A model generated the notes under the pieces. That model ran no database searches. It was not told the origin of the DNA and saw only the letters and a list, made by a program, of their open reading frames with translations. DNA of 64,000 bases from an uncultured Candidatus Saccharimonadales bacterium. Its GTDB lineage: Bacteria; Patescibacteriota; Saccharimonadia; UBA4664. The stretch lies in contig CAZSRA010000006.1 of assembly GCA_964609585.1 (NCBI GenBank), positions 3,184-67,183 of the forward strand, written 5' to 3'. The stretch's first letter is position 1; every line of letters begins with the position of its first letter. Shown here in pieces: positions 18,182-28,843 of the stretch. A program made the position numbers and the translations under genes.

Positions 18182-18568
18182 ATGATGACACCCCAAGAAC
18201 GACAGGCTGAACTGCGCGCGTTACTTGGTTCAGTTCGCGCTGCTCCTGAATCGGCTGCGAGAGTGCGGGAGGCTAGTAATGACATCGATACCGAGGCTCT
18301 TCATCGCAAGCAAGACCTAAGCGTCAGACAAGAAAAACAAGCACTCCGCAGGAAATGGGATAAAATGCTTGGCCGGCTAGTTATTGCTGGTTTTTTTATT
18401 AGCTACGGCCTCATTACATTAATTGGTTTGGGGTGGCTAAAATTTGATGCGGGTCCATTTGCGGTGCCAACTGTTGTTGCTGCCGCCATCCTTCAGACCT
18501 ATGGGTTGGCCAAGTTAGCAGTGAAGTTCATATTCAGCGAAGACCCTGAGCGCCCCAAGAAACGCTAA
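18182..18568 (+). CDS. Hypothetical membrane protein (charged N-terminus + 2 TM)
   Basis: Starts 3 nt after the IrrE-like stop; two hydrophobic helices near the C-terminus. Confidence 0.75.
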   Translation: MMTPQERQAELRALLGSVRAAPESAARVREASNDIDTEALHRKQDLSVRQEKQALRRKWDKMLGRLVIAGFFISYGLITLIGLGWLKFDAGPFAVPTVVAAAILQTYGLAKLAVKFIFSEDPERPKKR

Positions 18569-18789
18569 CTGGCTAAAGGTCTCGAATCCGCTACTTTTAA
18601 AATTTTTGATCGCAGAGGCTTTCCTAATCCCATAAATTCAGGGGCGTACGGTTGCGAAGCTAGTCCTAAAATGACATCACCATGAGACCGTGCCGGTCGG
18701 ACAGATGCAGTCTTCATCATTTACACACTCAGAACCCAATTATCTACGGGGTTACTTTTAGGAGAGTTTAAAGCAATCAATTTTTATCA

Positions 18790-20619
18790 CTATTCGACGG
18801 TGACGGACTTTGCGAGGTTGCGGGGCTGGTCCACATCGGTGCCGCGCTCGCAAGCGACATAGTAGGCAAAGAGCTGGAGCGGGATGTTGGCGAGAAGGGG
18901 TTGAGTGTAGGGATTGGCGTCGGGAATGTAAACGACGTTTTCACTGAATTCTTCCAGCGCTGCGTCCCCTTCTGTGCCGACTATGAGCACCTGGCCACCA
19001 CGCGCACGAACTTGCTCGAGGCTAGATTGAGACTTGTCGTACAAGGCATTTTTGAGATGTAGGAAGACGACGAGCATTTTTTCGTCGACGAGAGCAATGG
19101 GACCGTGCTTGAGTTCACCGGCTGCATAGGCTTCTGCGTGAATATAGGCTGTTTCCTTGAGCTTGAGGGCACCTTCCTGAGCGACAGGATAGAGGGTGTC
19201 GCGGCCGAGGAACATGGCGTTGTTGAAGTGAGCTAGTTTTTTGGCGATAGCTTTGATTTGCTCGCGCTGGTCGAGAATTTGTTGTACTTGCGCAGGAAGA
19301 GCTTCAAGAGCACGGACGATAGCCTTGCCTTCGGTGACGGATAGCCCGCGGCCGCGGCCGACCTGGAGTCCAATGAGTAACTGAGCCAAGATCATGGAGG
19401 TAATAACTTTGGTAGAAGCCACCGAGATTTCGGGACCAGAGTGCAAGTACACGCCGCCATCGACTTCGCGGGCAATGCTTGAGCCTACGACGTTCACGAG
19501 ACCGAGCGTAGGAATGCCGCGGCGCTTCATTTCGCGCAGCGAGGCTAGAGTGTCGGCGGTTTCGCCAGATTGAGACACCACCATACCAATGGTGCCCTTT
19601 ACCACAACAGGATCGCGGTAGCGGAATTCTGAAGCGATTTCTACATCTACCGGCAGGCCGGTCATGCGTTCAATAAAGTATTTACCGAGCAGGCTAGAGA
19701 TGTAGGCGCTCCCGCAAGCGACGATGAGGAAGCGGCTGAGGTCTTGGTAGGACTTGGGGTCGAGATTGAGCCCGCCGAGATGGCTGGTGCCGTTTTCGGC
19801 ATCGAGGCGACCGCGGAGAGTGTTGGCGATGGTAGCGGGCTGCTCCATGATTTCTTTGAGCAAGAAGTGATCGTAGCCGGACTTTTCGATGGCGGCGAGC
19901 TCCATTTTGATCTGGACTTCTTCGTGATCTTTGGCTTGAGCTTCGAAGTCGATGACCTCATAATGGCCGGCCTGACAAACGGCAATTTCGTCGTCTTCGA
20001 GGAATACGACGCGGTCGGTGTAGCCAACAATGGCAGTGGCGTCGGAGGCGATGTAAATGGCGTCGGAGGCGATGCCAAGCAAGAGCGGGCTGCCACGACG
20101 AGCGGCTACGAGCTTGTCGGGTTCACGTTCATCGAGAACAACGAGGCCGAAGGTGCCTTCCACCTGCAGAAGAGCGGCGAGTACAGCGGTTTCGAGGGTT
20201 TTGGCCGATTTGCGTTCTTCGGCGATGAGCCAGGCCAGGACTTCAGTGTCGGTGTCGGTGGCAAATTTGACACCGGTTTTGGCTAATTTTTCTTTGAGGG
20301 AGGCATAATTTTCGATGATGCCGTTGTGGATAATAGAGATAGGGCCGGCTTGATGAGGGTGAGCGTTGAGCTCGGTGGGCGCACCATGTGTGGCCCAGCG
20401 GGTGTGGCCGATACCGACGTGGCCGGCCGGTTCGTGGCCTTCGAGAGCCTCGGTGAGATTGGCGAGCTTGCCGGGACGCTTCACGACGACGGTTTTGCCG
20501 TGATCAGCGATGGCAACACCGGCCGAATCGTAGCCACGATATTCCATGCGCCTGAGTCCGTTCATAAGAACGGGGAGGGCGTTATTTTTTTGACCAATGT
20601 ATCCAATGATTCCGCACAT
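18790..20619 (-). CDS. glmS: Glutamine--fructose-6-phosphate transaminase
   Basis: MCGIIG, GHTRWATHG, SQSGET, KHGP, PRNLAKSVTVE. Confidence 0.98.
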   Translation of the reverse strand: MCGIIGYIGQKNNALPVLMNGLRRMEYRGYDSAGVAIADHGKTVVVKRPGKLANLTEALEGHEPAGHVGIGHTRWATHGAPTELNAHPHQAGPISIIHNGIIENYASLKEKLAKTGVKFATDTDTEVLAWLIAEERKSAKTLETAVLAALLQVEGTFGLVVLDEREPDKLVAARRGSPLLLGIASDAIYIASDATAIVGYTDRVVFLEDDEIAVCQAGHYEVIDFEAQAKDHEEVQIKMELAAIEKSGYDHFLLKEIMEQPATIANTLRGRLDAENGTSHLGGLNLDPKSYQDLSRFLIVACGSAYISSLLGKYFIERMTGLPVDVEIASEFRYRDPVVVKGTIGMVVSQSGETADTLASLREMKRRGIPTLGLVNVVGSSIAREVDGGVYLHSGPEISVASTKVITSMILAQLLIGLQVGRGRGLSVTEGKAIVRALEALPAQVQQILDQREQIKAIAKKLAHFNNAMFLGRDTLYPVAQEGALKLKETAYIHAEAYAAGELKHGPIALVDEKMLVVFLHLKNALYDKSQSSLEQVRARGGQVLIVGTEGDAALEEFSENVVYIPDANPYTQPLLANIPLQLFAYYVACERGTDVDQPRNLAKSVTVE

Positions 20620-20634
20620 GGGACGATTATACCA
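20620..20634 (-). promoter_or_regulatory. Extended -10 leaderless promoter of glmS
   Basis: Minus strand TGG-TATAAT-cgtccc-ATG; no SD. Confidence 0.6.
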
Positions 20635-20702
20635 TCTGTTGCTTGATTTGGGTGGTGTCTGCTCGTTTGGGGATGATAGTATGGTGATAATTACCGGGAG
20701 AT

Positions 20703-21161
20703 GTGATGACCAGTGAGGCAGACTTTTTAGCTTCGGTTGATAAAAGTGGGTTTGTGAGTGCGGGATTCGTGAAGCGCGTGGAGAAGCCGTGGGGGTATGA
20801 ACTGCATCTGGCTGCGCAAGATGGCCCTTATATGATGAAGATCATGCATATTAATGCCGGGTGTCGTCAAAGCTTACAGGTACATGATGCGAAATCGGAA
20901 ACTTATTTAGTGATTACGGGCCGAGCGGGAGTAATCATCGAACAAAGCGACGGCGAAATGGTACAAGTGGAATTGAAGCCCGAGACTGGTTATACGACGC
21001 AGATAGGTCAGCGACACCGGCTGATTGGCATCACTGATTGCGATATCGTGGAGGCCTCGACGCCCGAAATCGGTACTACGTGGCGGCTGGAAGACGATTA
21101 TGCTCGGCCAGATGAAACTGAGGCGGTGCGGGCTGATCCGAACCGTGGATGGAAAGGTTAA
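20703..21161 (+). CDS. Cupin, mannose-6-phosphate isomerase type II C-terminal-like
   Basis: VEKPWG, SLQVH..K.E, HR, E.STPE...RLEDDY.R. Confidence 0.85.
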   Translation: MMTSEADFLASVDKSGFVSAGFVKRVEKPWGYELHLAAQDGPYMMKIMHINAGCRQSLQVHDAKSETYLVITGRAGVIIEQSDGEMVQVELKPETGYTTQIGQRHRLIGITDCDIVEASTPEIGTTWRLEDDYARPDETEAVRADPNRGWKG

Positions 21162-21166
21162 AGATT

Positions 21167-21562
21167 ATGCCAACGGTTTTGCTCATAGAAGACGATGAAT
21201 CGATCCGCACCATGTTTACGACCGGCCTCACGCGGGAGGGATTCGAGGTGACGGCGATTGGCAATGCGGATGAAGCGCTAACGGTAGTGGCATCGTCGCA
21301 GCCGTTTGACTTTATTTTGCTTGATATGCTGCTCGGCGGTATGAGCGGTATGGACTTTTTGCAAGCTGCCGCACTCCAGGTGAAGAGCCCGCAAACGCGG
21401 GTGATTGCTTTTAGCAATATTGGCAGCGACAGCATCAAGGAGCGCGCTAAGACGTTTGGGGTGGTGGATTTCCTTAATAAGGTGGATTATGACCCGATTC
21501 AGTTGGCGGCTTATTTAAAAGCTTTGCCGGGACCAACGTCGGCTGAGGTGCCGGGGGCTTAG
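21167..21562 (+). CDS. Single-domain response regulator (receiver only)
   Basis: LLIEDD, ILLDM (phosphoacceptor Asp), GMSG, FSN, K; no output domain. Confidence 0.9.
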   Translation: MPTVLLIEDDESIRTMFTTGLTREGFEVTAIGNADEALTVVASSQPFDFILLDMLLGGMSGMDFLQAAALQVKSPQTRVIAFSNIGSDSIKERAKTFGVVDFLNKVDYDPIQLAAYLKALPGPTSAEVPGA

Positions 21563-22596
21563 TTCGACAGTTTGGGCACGATCTCTTTGATGCGCTGAGA
21601 CAGGTCTTTGCGGGCGACGATGATGCCGTTGGGTGTATTTACGACCACGATGTTGTCGAGGCCAATGACCGCAACGGGTAAATCGCCATCGTTGCGAATG
21701 TAGGAATTTTCAACTTCGATCGTTTCGATAGTGCCGGAGCCGGTGATGACGTTACCATCGGCATCGGCGTCATTGGCTTCGTAGAGCTCTTTGAAGGAAC
21801 CGACGTCGAGCCAGTCGAAGGTGGCGGGGACGACGAGGAGGTTGTCGACTTTTTCGCTGAAAGCATAGTCGATGGCGTCGTTTTCAAATTCGAGATAGGT
21901 GTCGTTGTATTCTTCGGGGGTTTTGGCTTCTTGGAGGCGGTGATAGTCGGCGTAACGCTCTGGGGCATGCTTTTTCATAGCCGAGAGGAAGGCGTTGACG
22001 GAGCCCACGGTATAGCCGCCGTTCCAGAGGTAATTGCCGCTGGAGAAAAATTCCCGGGCCAGTTTGAGGTCGGGCTTTTCCTTGAAGCTGGTGACTTCAG
22101 AGGCAAAAGCTTCTTTGTCGATGACTTTGCCTTTTTCTATGTAGCCGAAAAGCGTAGATGGGTGCGTAGGCTCGATGCCGACGAGGGTGACGCGGCCGTG
22201 CTGCTTGGATTGCTCGGCGGCCGATTTGAAGGCATGGGCAAAGCCTTCGATGTCGCGAATGAAATGGTCGGCCCAGAGAAAACCGATGGGCTCATCGTGG
22301 TCATGATGGCGCGCGACGCGGTCGAGCGCGGCGATGAAGCAGCTGGCGGTGCCGCGACGGCCGGGCTCCACGATGAAAGCATGCTCGCCGAGTTCCGGCA
22401 GTTGCTCGCGCACATGATGCGCGTGGCTAGCTTCGGTGACGACATAAATGTCGTCGGTGATGCGCTTGGCGCGGTCGAAGGCTTCTTGGACGCCAGAGCG
22501 GTCGCCCGTGAGTTTTAATAGGTGTTTGGGGTAGTTGCCAACGGATAATGGCCAAAGCCGGGTGCCCGATCCGCCAGCGATTATTACAATTATCAT
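21559..22596 (-). CDS. manC: Mannose-1-phosphate guanylyltransferase
   Basis: [14 protein letters not shown]...PK, EP.RRGTA, ADH, FGYI, F.EKP, WNGG, IDY, W.DVGS; start ATG 22596. Confidence 0.9.
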   Translation of the reverse strand: MIIVIIAGGSGTRLWPLSVGNYPKHLLKLTGDRSGVQEAFDRAKRITDDIYVVTEASHAHHVREQLPELGEHAFIVEPGRRGTASCFIAALDRVARHHDHDEPIGFLWADHFIRDIEGFAHAFKSAAEQSKQHGRVTLVGIEPTHPSTLFGYIEKGKVIDKEAFASEVTSFKEKPDLKLAREFFSSGNYLWNGGYTVGSVNAFLSAMKKHAPERYADYHRLQEAKTPEEYNDTYLEFENDAIDYAFSEKVDNLLVVPATFDWLDVGSFKELYEANDADADGNVITGSGTIETIEVENSYIRNDGDLPVAVIGLDNIVVVNTPNGIIVARKDLSQRIKEIVPKLSN

Positions 22597-22609
22597 GGCG
22601 CGATTGTAA

Positions 22610-23662
<1,053 letters not shown>

Positions 23663-23664
23663 CA

Positions 23665-24210
23665 ATGGCAGATTTGGCAGTGCGAGAGACAAATATTCGA
23701 GGGCTTTTTGTAGTTGATTTGCCGGTGCATGGTGATAGTCGGGGGTGGTTCAAGGAGAATTACCAAAAGGCCAAAATGGAGGCTTTGGGTCTGCCAGCTT
23801 TTGAAGTGGTGCAGAATAATTTTTCGTATAACGAAGAGGTGGGCGTGACGCGCGGCCTCCACGCCGAGCCCTGGGAAAAATATATATCGCTCGCGGCGGG
23901 TAAGGCCTTTGGGGCCTGGGTGGACCTGCGTCCGGGTAGCTTTGGTGAGACCTTTTCGCTGGAACTACGGCCAGATGTGGCGGTGTTTGTGCCGCGCGGG
24001 GTGGCTAATGGCTACCAAACGTTGGAGCGGAACGTGGTTTACACCTACCTCGTGAACGCTCATTGGTCGCCCGAAGCGAAATATGTGGCTGTGCACGCGT
24101 TTGATCCGGCGCTCGGGCTCGCCTGGCCGATCGAGCAGAAGCAGGCTGTGATATCGGACAAAGATAAGGCCAATCCCCTGCTGATCGATGTTAAACCGAT
24201 AGAGGCTTAG
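23665..24210 (+). CDS. rfbC: dTDP-4-dehydrorhamnose 3,5-epimerase
   Basis: HGDSRGWFKE, Q.N.S, RGLHAEPW, WVDLR, GVANGYQ. Confidence 0.95.
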   Translation: MADLAVRETNIRGLFVVDLPVHGDSRGWFKENYQKAKMEALGLPAFEVVQNNFSYNEEVGVTRGLHAEPWEKYISLAAGKAFGAWVDLRPGSFGETFSLELRPDVAVFVPRGVANGYQTLERNVVYTYLVNAHWSPEAKYVAVHAFDPALGLAWPIEQKQAVISDKDKANPLLIDVKPIEA

Positions 24211-24213
24211 CAA

Positions 24214-25077
24214 ATGGACGAGCGGACGTTTTTGATCTTGGGGGCGAATGGCCAGCTTGGAAAGGCTTTGGTCGCGCGGTTTCCGAAGGCTCGCGTGGCG
24301 GGGCGGGCTGATCTGGATATTGGAGATGCAGCGGGGGTAGCTGGTTTTGATTGGTCGGGAGTGAAGGTGATTTTAAATGCCGCAGCCTACACAAAGGTAG
24401 ACGAGGCTGAAACGACTGAAGGGCGGCGGGTGGCTTGGCGGATTAATGCCGGTGGTGCCGCGAACTTGGCGGGCGTGGCTGTAGAGCATGATTTGGTTTT
24501 GGTGCATGTGTCTAGCGACTATGTGTTTGATGGGTCGAAGCCTTCGCACGCGGAAGATGAGGCAATGGCGCCACTGGGCGTATATGGGCAAAGCAAGGCT
24601 GCGGGCGATGTGGCCGTGAGCGTGACACCGAAGCATTACATTTTGCGCGCAAGCTGGGTGATTGGGGATGGGCCAAATTTTGTGCAAACGATGATGAATC
24701 TGGCGGCCAAGAATGTTTCGCCGAAGGTGGTGGACGATCAGATTGGACGGCTGACGTTTACGGCAACGCTGGTGGAGGCGATTGAGAAATTGGTGAAAGA
24801 CGCGGCGCCGTTTGGCACGTATAATGTGTCGAATGAAGGTGAGCCAGTTAGCTGGGCGAGGGTTACACGGGCGATTTTTGGCGCTATGGGGCGCGAGGAT
24901 CTGACGGTAACGGGTGTGAGCACGGCTGAATATTTTAAAGATAAGCCGGAGGCGGCGCCAAGACCGCTGCAGAGCACGCTTGATTTGACGAAAATTGAGG
25001 CGGCTGGACTGCAGCTGACAGATTGGCGCGAAGCTTTGCAGGCGTATGTAGCTTTTGAACAACGAAAGGAAGGTTAG
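24214..25077 (+). CDS. rfbD: dTDP-4-dehydrorhamnose reductase
   Basis: [39 protein letters not shown]. Confidence 0.95.
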   Translation: MDERTFLILGANGQLGKALVARFPKARVAGRADLDIGDAAGVAGFDWSGVKVILNAAAYTKVDEAETTEGRRVAWRINAGGAANLAGVAVEHDLVLVHVSSDYVFDGSKPSHAEDEAMAPLGVYGQSKAAGDVAVSVTPKHYILRASWVIGDGPNFVQTMMNLAAKNVSPKVVDDQIGRLTFTATLVEAIEKLVKDAAPFGTYNVSNEGEPVSWARVTRAIFGAMGREDLTVTGVSTAEYFKDKPEAAPRPLQSTLDLTKIEAAGLQLTDWREALQAYVAFEQRKEG

Positions 25078-25079
25078 CT

Positions 25080-25946
25080 ATGAAGGGTATTATTTTGGCG
25101 GGCGGTTCGGGGACGCGGCTGTATCCGATTACTAAGGGTATTTCGAAGCAGCTCGTACCGATTTATGACAAACCGATGATCTACTATCCCCTTTCGACCT
25201 TGATGATGGCGGGGATTCGGGACATTTTGATTATTTCGACCGAGCAGGATATGCCGGGATTTGAGCGGCTACTGGGGAGCGGTGAGCAGATCGGGTGCAA
25301 TTTTACCTACAAAATTCAGCCACGGCCGGAGGGACTGGCGCAGGCGTTTATTATTGGTGAGGATTTTATTGGCCAGGACAAGGTGGCGCTGATTTTGGGC
25401 GATAATATTTTTTATGGCTCGGATCTGGGATCCAAGCTGAAGGATTATACGGACCCTGACGGCGGGGTGATTTTTGCCTACCACGTGTCTGATCCGGAGC
25501 GATACGGCGTGGTGGAGTTTGACAAGAATATGAAGGCGATGAGCATTGAGGAGAAACCGGAGAAGCCGAAGTCGAACTATGCGGTACCCGGCCTGTACTT
25601 CTTTGACAATGATGTGGTGGGGATTTCGAAGTCCATAAAGCCGAGCGACCGGGGTGAGCTTGAGATTACATCGGTAAATAATGCATATTTGAAGGCCGGG
25701 AAATTGCAGGTGGGCGTGCTCGACCGCGGCACAGCCTGGCTGGACACCGGCACGTTTGCTTCAATGAATCAGGCGAGCCAGTTTGTGCAGGTACTGGAAG
25801 AGCGGCAAGGGCTCAAGGTGGGCTGCGTGGAGGAGATTGCGTGGCAAGAAGGGTTTATTGGTGATGGGGAGCTGGAGGAGTTGGCGGATGGTCTGATGAA
25901 GAGTGGGTATGGGCGGTATTTGAAGGGATTATTGGCAGAGCGCTAG
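25080..25946 (+). CDS. rfbA: Glucose-1-phosphate thymidylyltransferase
   Basis: [50 protein letters not shown]. Confidence 0.98.
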   Translation: MKGIILAGGSGTRLYPITKGISKQLVPIYDKPMIYYPLSTLMMAGIRDILIISTEQDMPGFERLLGSGEQIGCNFTYKIQPRPEGLAQAFIIGEDFIGQDKVALILGDNIFYGSDLGSKLKDYTDPDGGVIFAYHVSDPERYGVVEFDKNMKAMSIEEKPEKPKSNYAVPGLYFFDNDVVGISKSIKPSDRGELEITSVNNAYLKAGKLQVGVLDRGTAWLDTGTFASMNQASQFVQVLEERQGLKVGCVEEIAWQEGFIGDGELEELADGLMKSGYGRYLKGLLAER

Positions 25947-25958
25947 TGGAATAGTCTT

Positions 25959-25994
25959 AAAAAGCGGACATCTTAGAGGTGTCCGCTTTTTTTT
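25959..25994. terminator. Bidirectional intrinsic terminator
   Basis: AAAAAGCGGACATCT-TAG-AGGTGTCCGCTTTTTTTT between convergent genes. Confidence 0.9.
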
Positions 25995-26003
25995 GGTTGA
26001 GCC

Positions 26004-28703
26004 CTAGATTTCGGGACCGTCGGCTGGTGGAAGCTCCGCATCGATGATATTGATGATGTCGGCCGAGGTGTAGCCGAGCTCATTTAGGGCAGCTGCAGAG
26101 CCGATTCTTCGTTTGGTGAAGCCGGAGCCGGTATCATCTACGACATATACATTTGGACTAGATCCTTTAATGACGGCGCCTTCGCGGAAGTTTAAGTTTG
26201 GTCCATTTGCGAGACCTAGATCACTGGAGGTAGCCGATTTGGTAGAGCTCAAGTTGTAGCGCTGAGAAGTGAACATGGGCATGGAACCTACAAGACGCTT
26301 TTGGCTGTTTTCTATGAGATAGACTGTAGGGCCGCCAGGGTCTTTTACGAGCGTGCCGTCGGGGTGCTGGGTCGTACCGCCGATGTCGGGGCCATTGGGG
26401 GCACCGAGCGCAGAATCGGGCACATTAATGATGTCTGCCACAGTGTATCCAAGACCGGTGAAGAAATTGATACTTGTAATTAGGCGCTTTACCCACGATG
26501 CGGGGCCGGTCTGATCAATCACATAAACATTGGGGCCAGACCCTTTAATGAGTGTGCCTTCGCGGAAATAGAGGCCCGCGCCACCGGGATCGTTGGTATC
26601 GGCGTTGGTAGCGGTTTTAAACTCTGCCGCGCTCATGTGGTAGCTGGCTAGAACTTCGGATGAGCCGATAGGACGAGTGGCGCCACCTTCGACTAAGAAA
26701 ATGTTTGAGCTGCCGGCGGGTCGAATGAGCGTGCCGTCGGGGTGCTGCCGAGGCGTAAATATGCAATGCGAGAATTCGGAGGTTTCGGCCGGTATACCAC
26801 CAATAATGCGAGTGGAAGTGGCGGTGATGGACATGCCGCCGATTGTGAGCGGGACGCTTTGGGTAAACGATGCATTGCCCGCACCATCGGTAGCAACATT
26901 AACACTACCAAGATAGCTGCGACCCTGGCCATAACCAACCGGCATACAAGCGGGGCTCTGGAAGAATTCGATACGGAATGAGGTGTTCGGGACGCTATTG
27001 AGGGTGCCGGCGATTTGTTCGTTTGAGCCAAGCGGAATAGCGTAGTTTAGGATTGGATAATTTTCCATACCATTGACGCCAGTGGGGCCGCCGGAATGGT
27101 TCGAGTTGACTCCGCCGAGGTTAACATCAATGCCCATGAAGGCATTATTGGCGATGCTATTTGTGACTATGGCGGTTTGGATGCCGTCGCCTACTGCTAC
27201 GCCCGAGATGGCGTTTCCCATCGTGGAGCCGTCGGTACCCTCACCGATATAGTTGCCTTCGATGTGATTGTAGCCGGAGGTGCTACCCACGATAGCTATG
27301 CCGTTACCTCCATTGGCCGAGATAAGGTTGCGGGCGTTTGCGTTTGAGGTGCCGATGGTGTTACTAGAGGAGCCGACGATACCGATGCCATCTTGGGTAT
27401 TGCCGAGCGGGGTGATTCCATTGGCGCCAACACCGATAAAGTTGCCGGCGATGCCATTGCCGCCACCAGTGCTCCCGGAAATGTAGATGCCACTCCAGGC
27501 GTTTGAAACGATGACATTACAGGCACCCGTGCAGGCGCCGCCGGGCGTAGTGCCGGTGGTGCCACCAATGTTGTTGCTTGAGGCATTATTTGAACCACCA
27601 GATGGGCTTCCGAGGTTAACTCCCATTTTGTGATTGCCGATGGAGCCATTGCCAGAAGTGTCGGTGCCGATGTAGTTGCCGTAGACATTATTGCCGGTCG
27701 CACTGGTGCCCGTAAGTGAAACACCGGCGCCGAGATTGCCGGAGATGAGATTACGAGCGGTCGCGGTTGTCCCGCCGATGGTGTTATTTGGCGCATCTTG
27801 AGCCTCTACGCCGATATCTTGATTGGATAGAGGGCTTAGACCCGAGACAGTAGTGCCGATGTAGTTGCCCGCAATCGTGTTGCCACTGGCTGTAGACTGC
27901 CAGATGCCGGCACCGTTGGCACCATTACCAGAAAGGAGGTTGCAAGCGCCGTTGCAGCCACCACCGGGCGTGGTACCGGTAGTGCCGCCGACAGTATTGC
28001 CGGGCGACTGGGTGATGAGCAGGCCGTCGGCGCCGTTGCCGATGGCGACAGTACCGGTAGGGTCGGTGCCGACATAATTGCCCTCTACAACATTACCCGT
28101 AGCGCCAGAGCCAGATATGGCAATGCCCGTACCGACATTGCCGGAGACGATATTGCGGGTAGTGGCTGTCGTGCCGCCTATGGTGTTGTTTGAGGATGCT
28201 ACACCAATCCCACTATGGCCATTGCCAAGGGCAGCAGTGCCGGCAGAGTTTGTACCCACATAATTGGCCTGAATGGTGTTTCCATTGTTATTGCTTATAA
28301 TGATGCCGTCACCACCAAAGCGATTGACGATGAGGCCTTTTACCGTGGTATTGCCGGCATTAATGACGATGCCCGAAGATGCACCGGCGTTGGCACCATT
28401 GATTTCAATGAGCGGGGCTCCAGCATAACCTGGCTGGGTGGTGCCGTCGATGGTGGCGGCAACGCCAACGGTGAGCGAAGTGGTGGGCGAAATAGTGTGA
28501 ACTCCCCCGCCCGCAATATTGAAGCAAATGCCACCTCCGGACGAGAGAGCATTGGCCAGTGAGCCAGCTCCGGAGTTGTTGGTGTTGGTAACGGTTGAGT
28601 TGCAGGTGATGGCATGGGCCGGAGTATTGAGGACGAATGGGGCGAGGAGATTGACAATAAGGCTCGCGGCAAGGGTTATGCGCGCTGAGTACATAGTTTT
28701 CAT
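26004..28703 (-). CDS. Large secreted parallel beta-helix surface protein with four C-terminal repeats
   Basis: Signal peptide ending AHA; VTNT..SG.GSL cap; repeated GN.I.GN.IGT / RN.ISGN rungs; NYP..., TSEFS; ABAB HPDGTL/FREG repeats. Confidence 0.85.
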   Translation of the reverse strand: MKTMYSARITLAASLIVNLLAPFVLNTPAHAITCNSTVTNTNNSGAGSLANALSSGGGICFNIAGGGVHTISPTTSLTVGVAATIDGTTQPGYAGAPLIEINGANAGASSGIVINAGNTTVKGLIVNRFGGDGIIISNNNGNTIQANYVGTNSAGTAALGNGHSGIGVASSNNTIGGTTATTRNIVSGNVGTGIAISGSGATGNVVEGNYVGTDPTGTVAIGNGADGLLITQSPGNTVGGTTGTTPGGGCNGACNLLSGNGANGAGIWQSTASGNTIAGNYIGTTVSGLSPLSNQDIGVEAQDAPNNTIGGTTATARNLISGNLGAGVSLTGTSATGNNVYGNYIGTDTSGNGSIGNHKMGVNLGSPSGGSNNASSNNIGGTTGTTPGGACTGACNVIVSNAWSGIYISGSTGGGNGIAGNFIGVGANGITPLGNTQDGIGIVGSSSNTIGTSNANARNLISANGGNGIAIVGSTSGYNHIEGNYIGEGTDGSTMGNAISGVAVGDGIQTAIVTNSIANNAFMGIDVNLGGVNSNHSGGPTGVNGMENYPILNYAIPLGSNEQIAGTLNSVPNTSFRIEFFQSPACMPVGYGQGRSYLGSVNVATDGAGNASFTQSVPLTIGGMSITATSTRIIGGIPAETSEFSHCIFTPRQHPDGTLIRPAGSSNIFLVEGGATRPIGSSEVLASYHMSAAEFKTATNADTNDPGGAGLYFREGTLIKGSGPNVYVIDQTGPASWVKRLITSINFFTGLGYTVADIINVPDSALGAPNGPDIGGTTQHPDGTLVKDPGGPTVYLIENSQKRLVGSMPMFTSQRYNLSSTKSATSSDLGLANGPNLNFREGAVIKGSSPNVYVVDDTGSGFTKRRIGSAAALNELGYTSADIINIIDAELPPADGPEI

Positions 28704-28843
28704 GCTTCTATAATAACCGGGGTTAGTCATACGAACTAGGCCCCGGGTTTTAATTTTGAATTGCTTTTTTAGCAATTATGTATCATAATATGCTGGCACA
28801 TTGATATAAATCCAGAGCTACCCTCGTAGGGATGTGAAGACCC

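Noticed and set aside
20620-20702. glmS ribozyme upstream of glmS
   Set aside because: Only ~80 nt intergenic, apparently leaderless promoter, and no ribozyme core visible.
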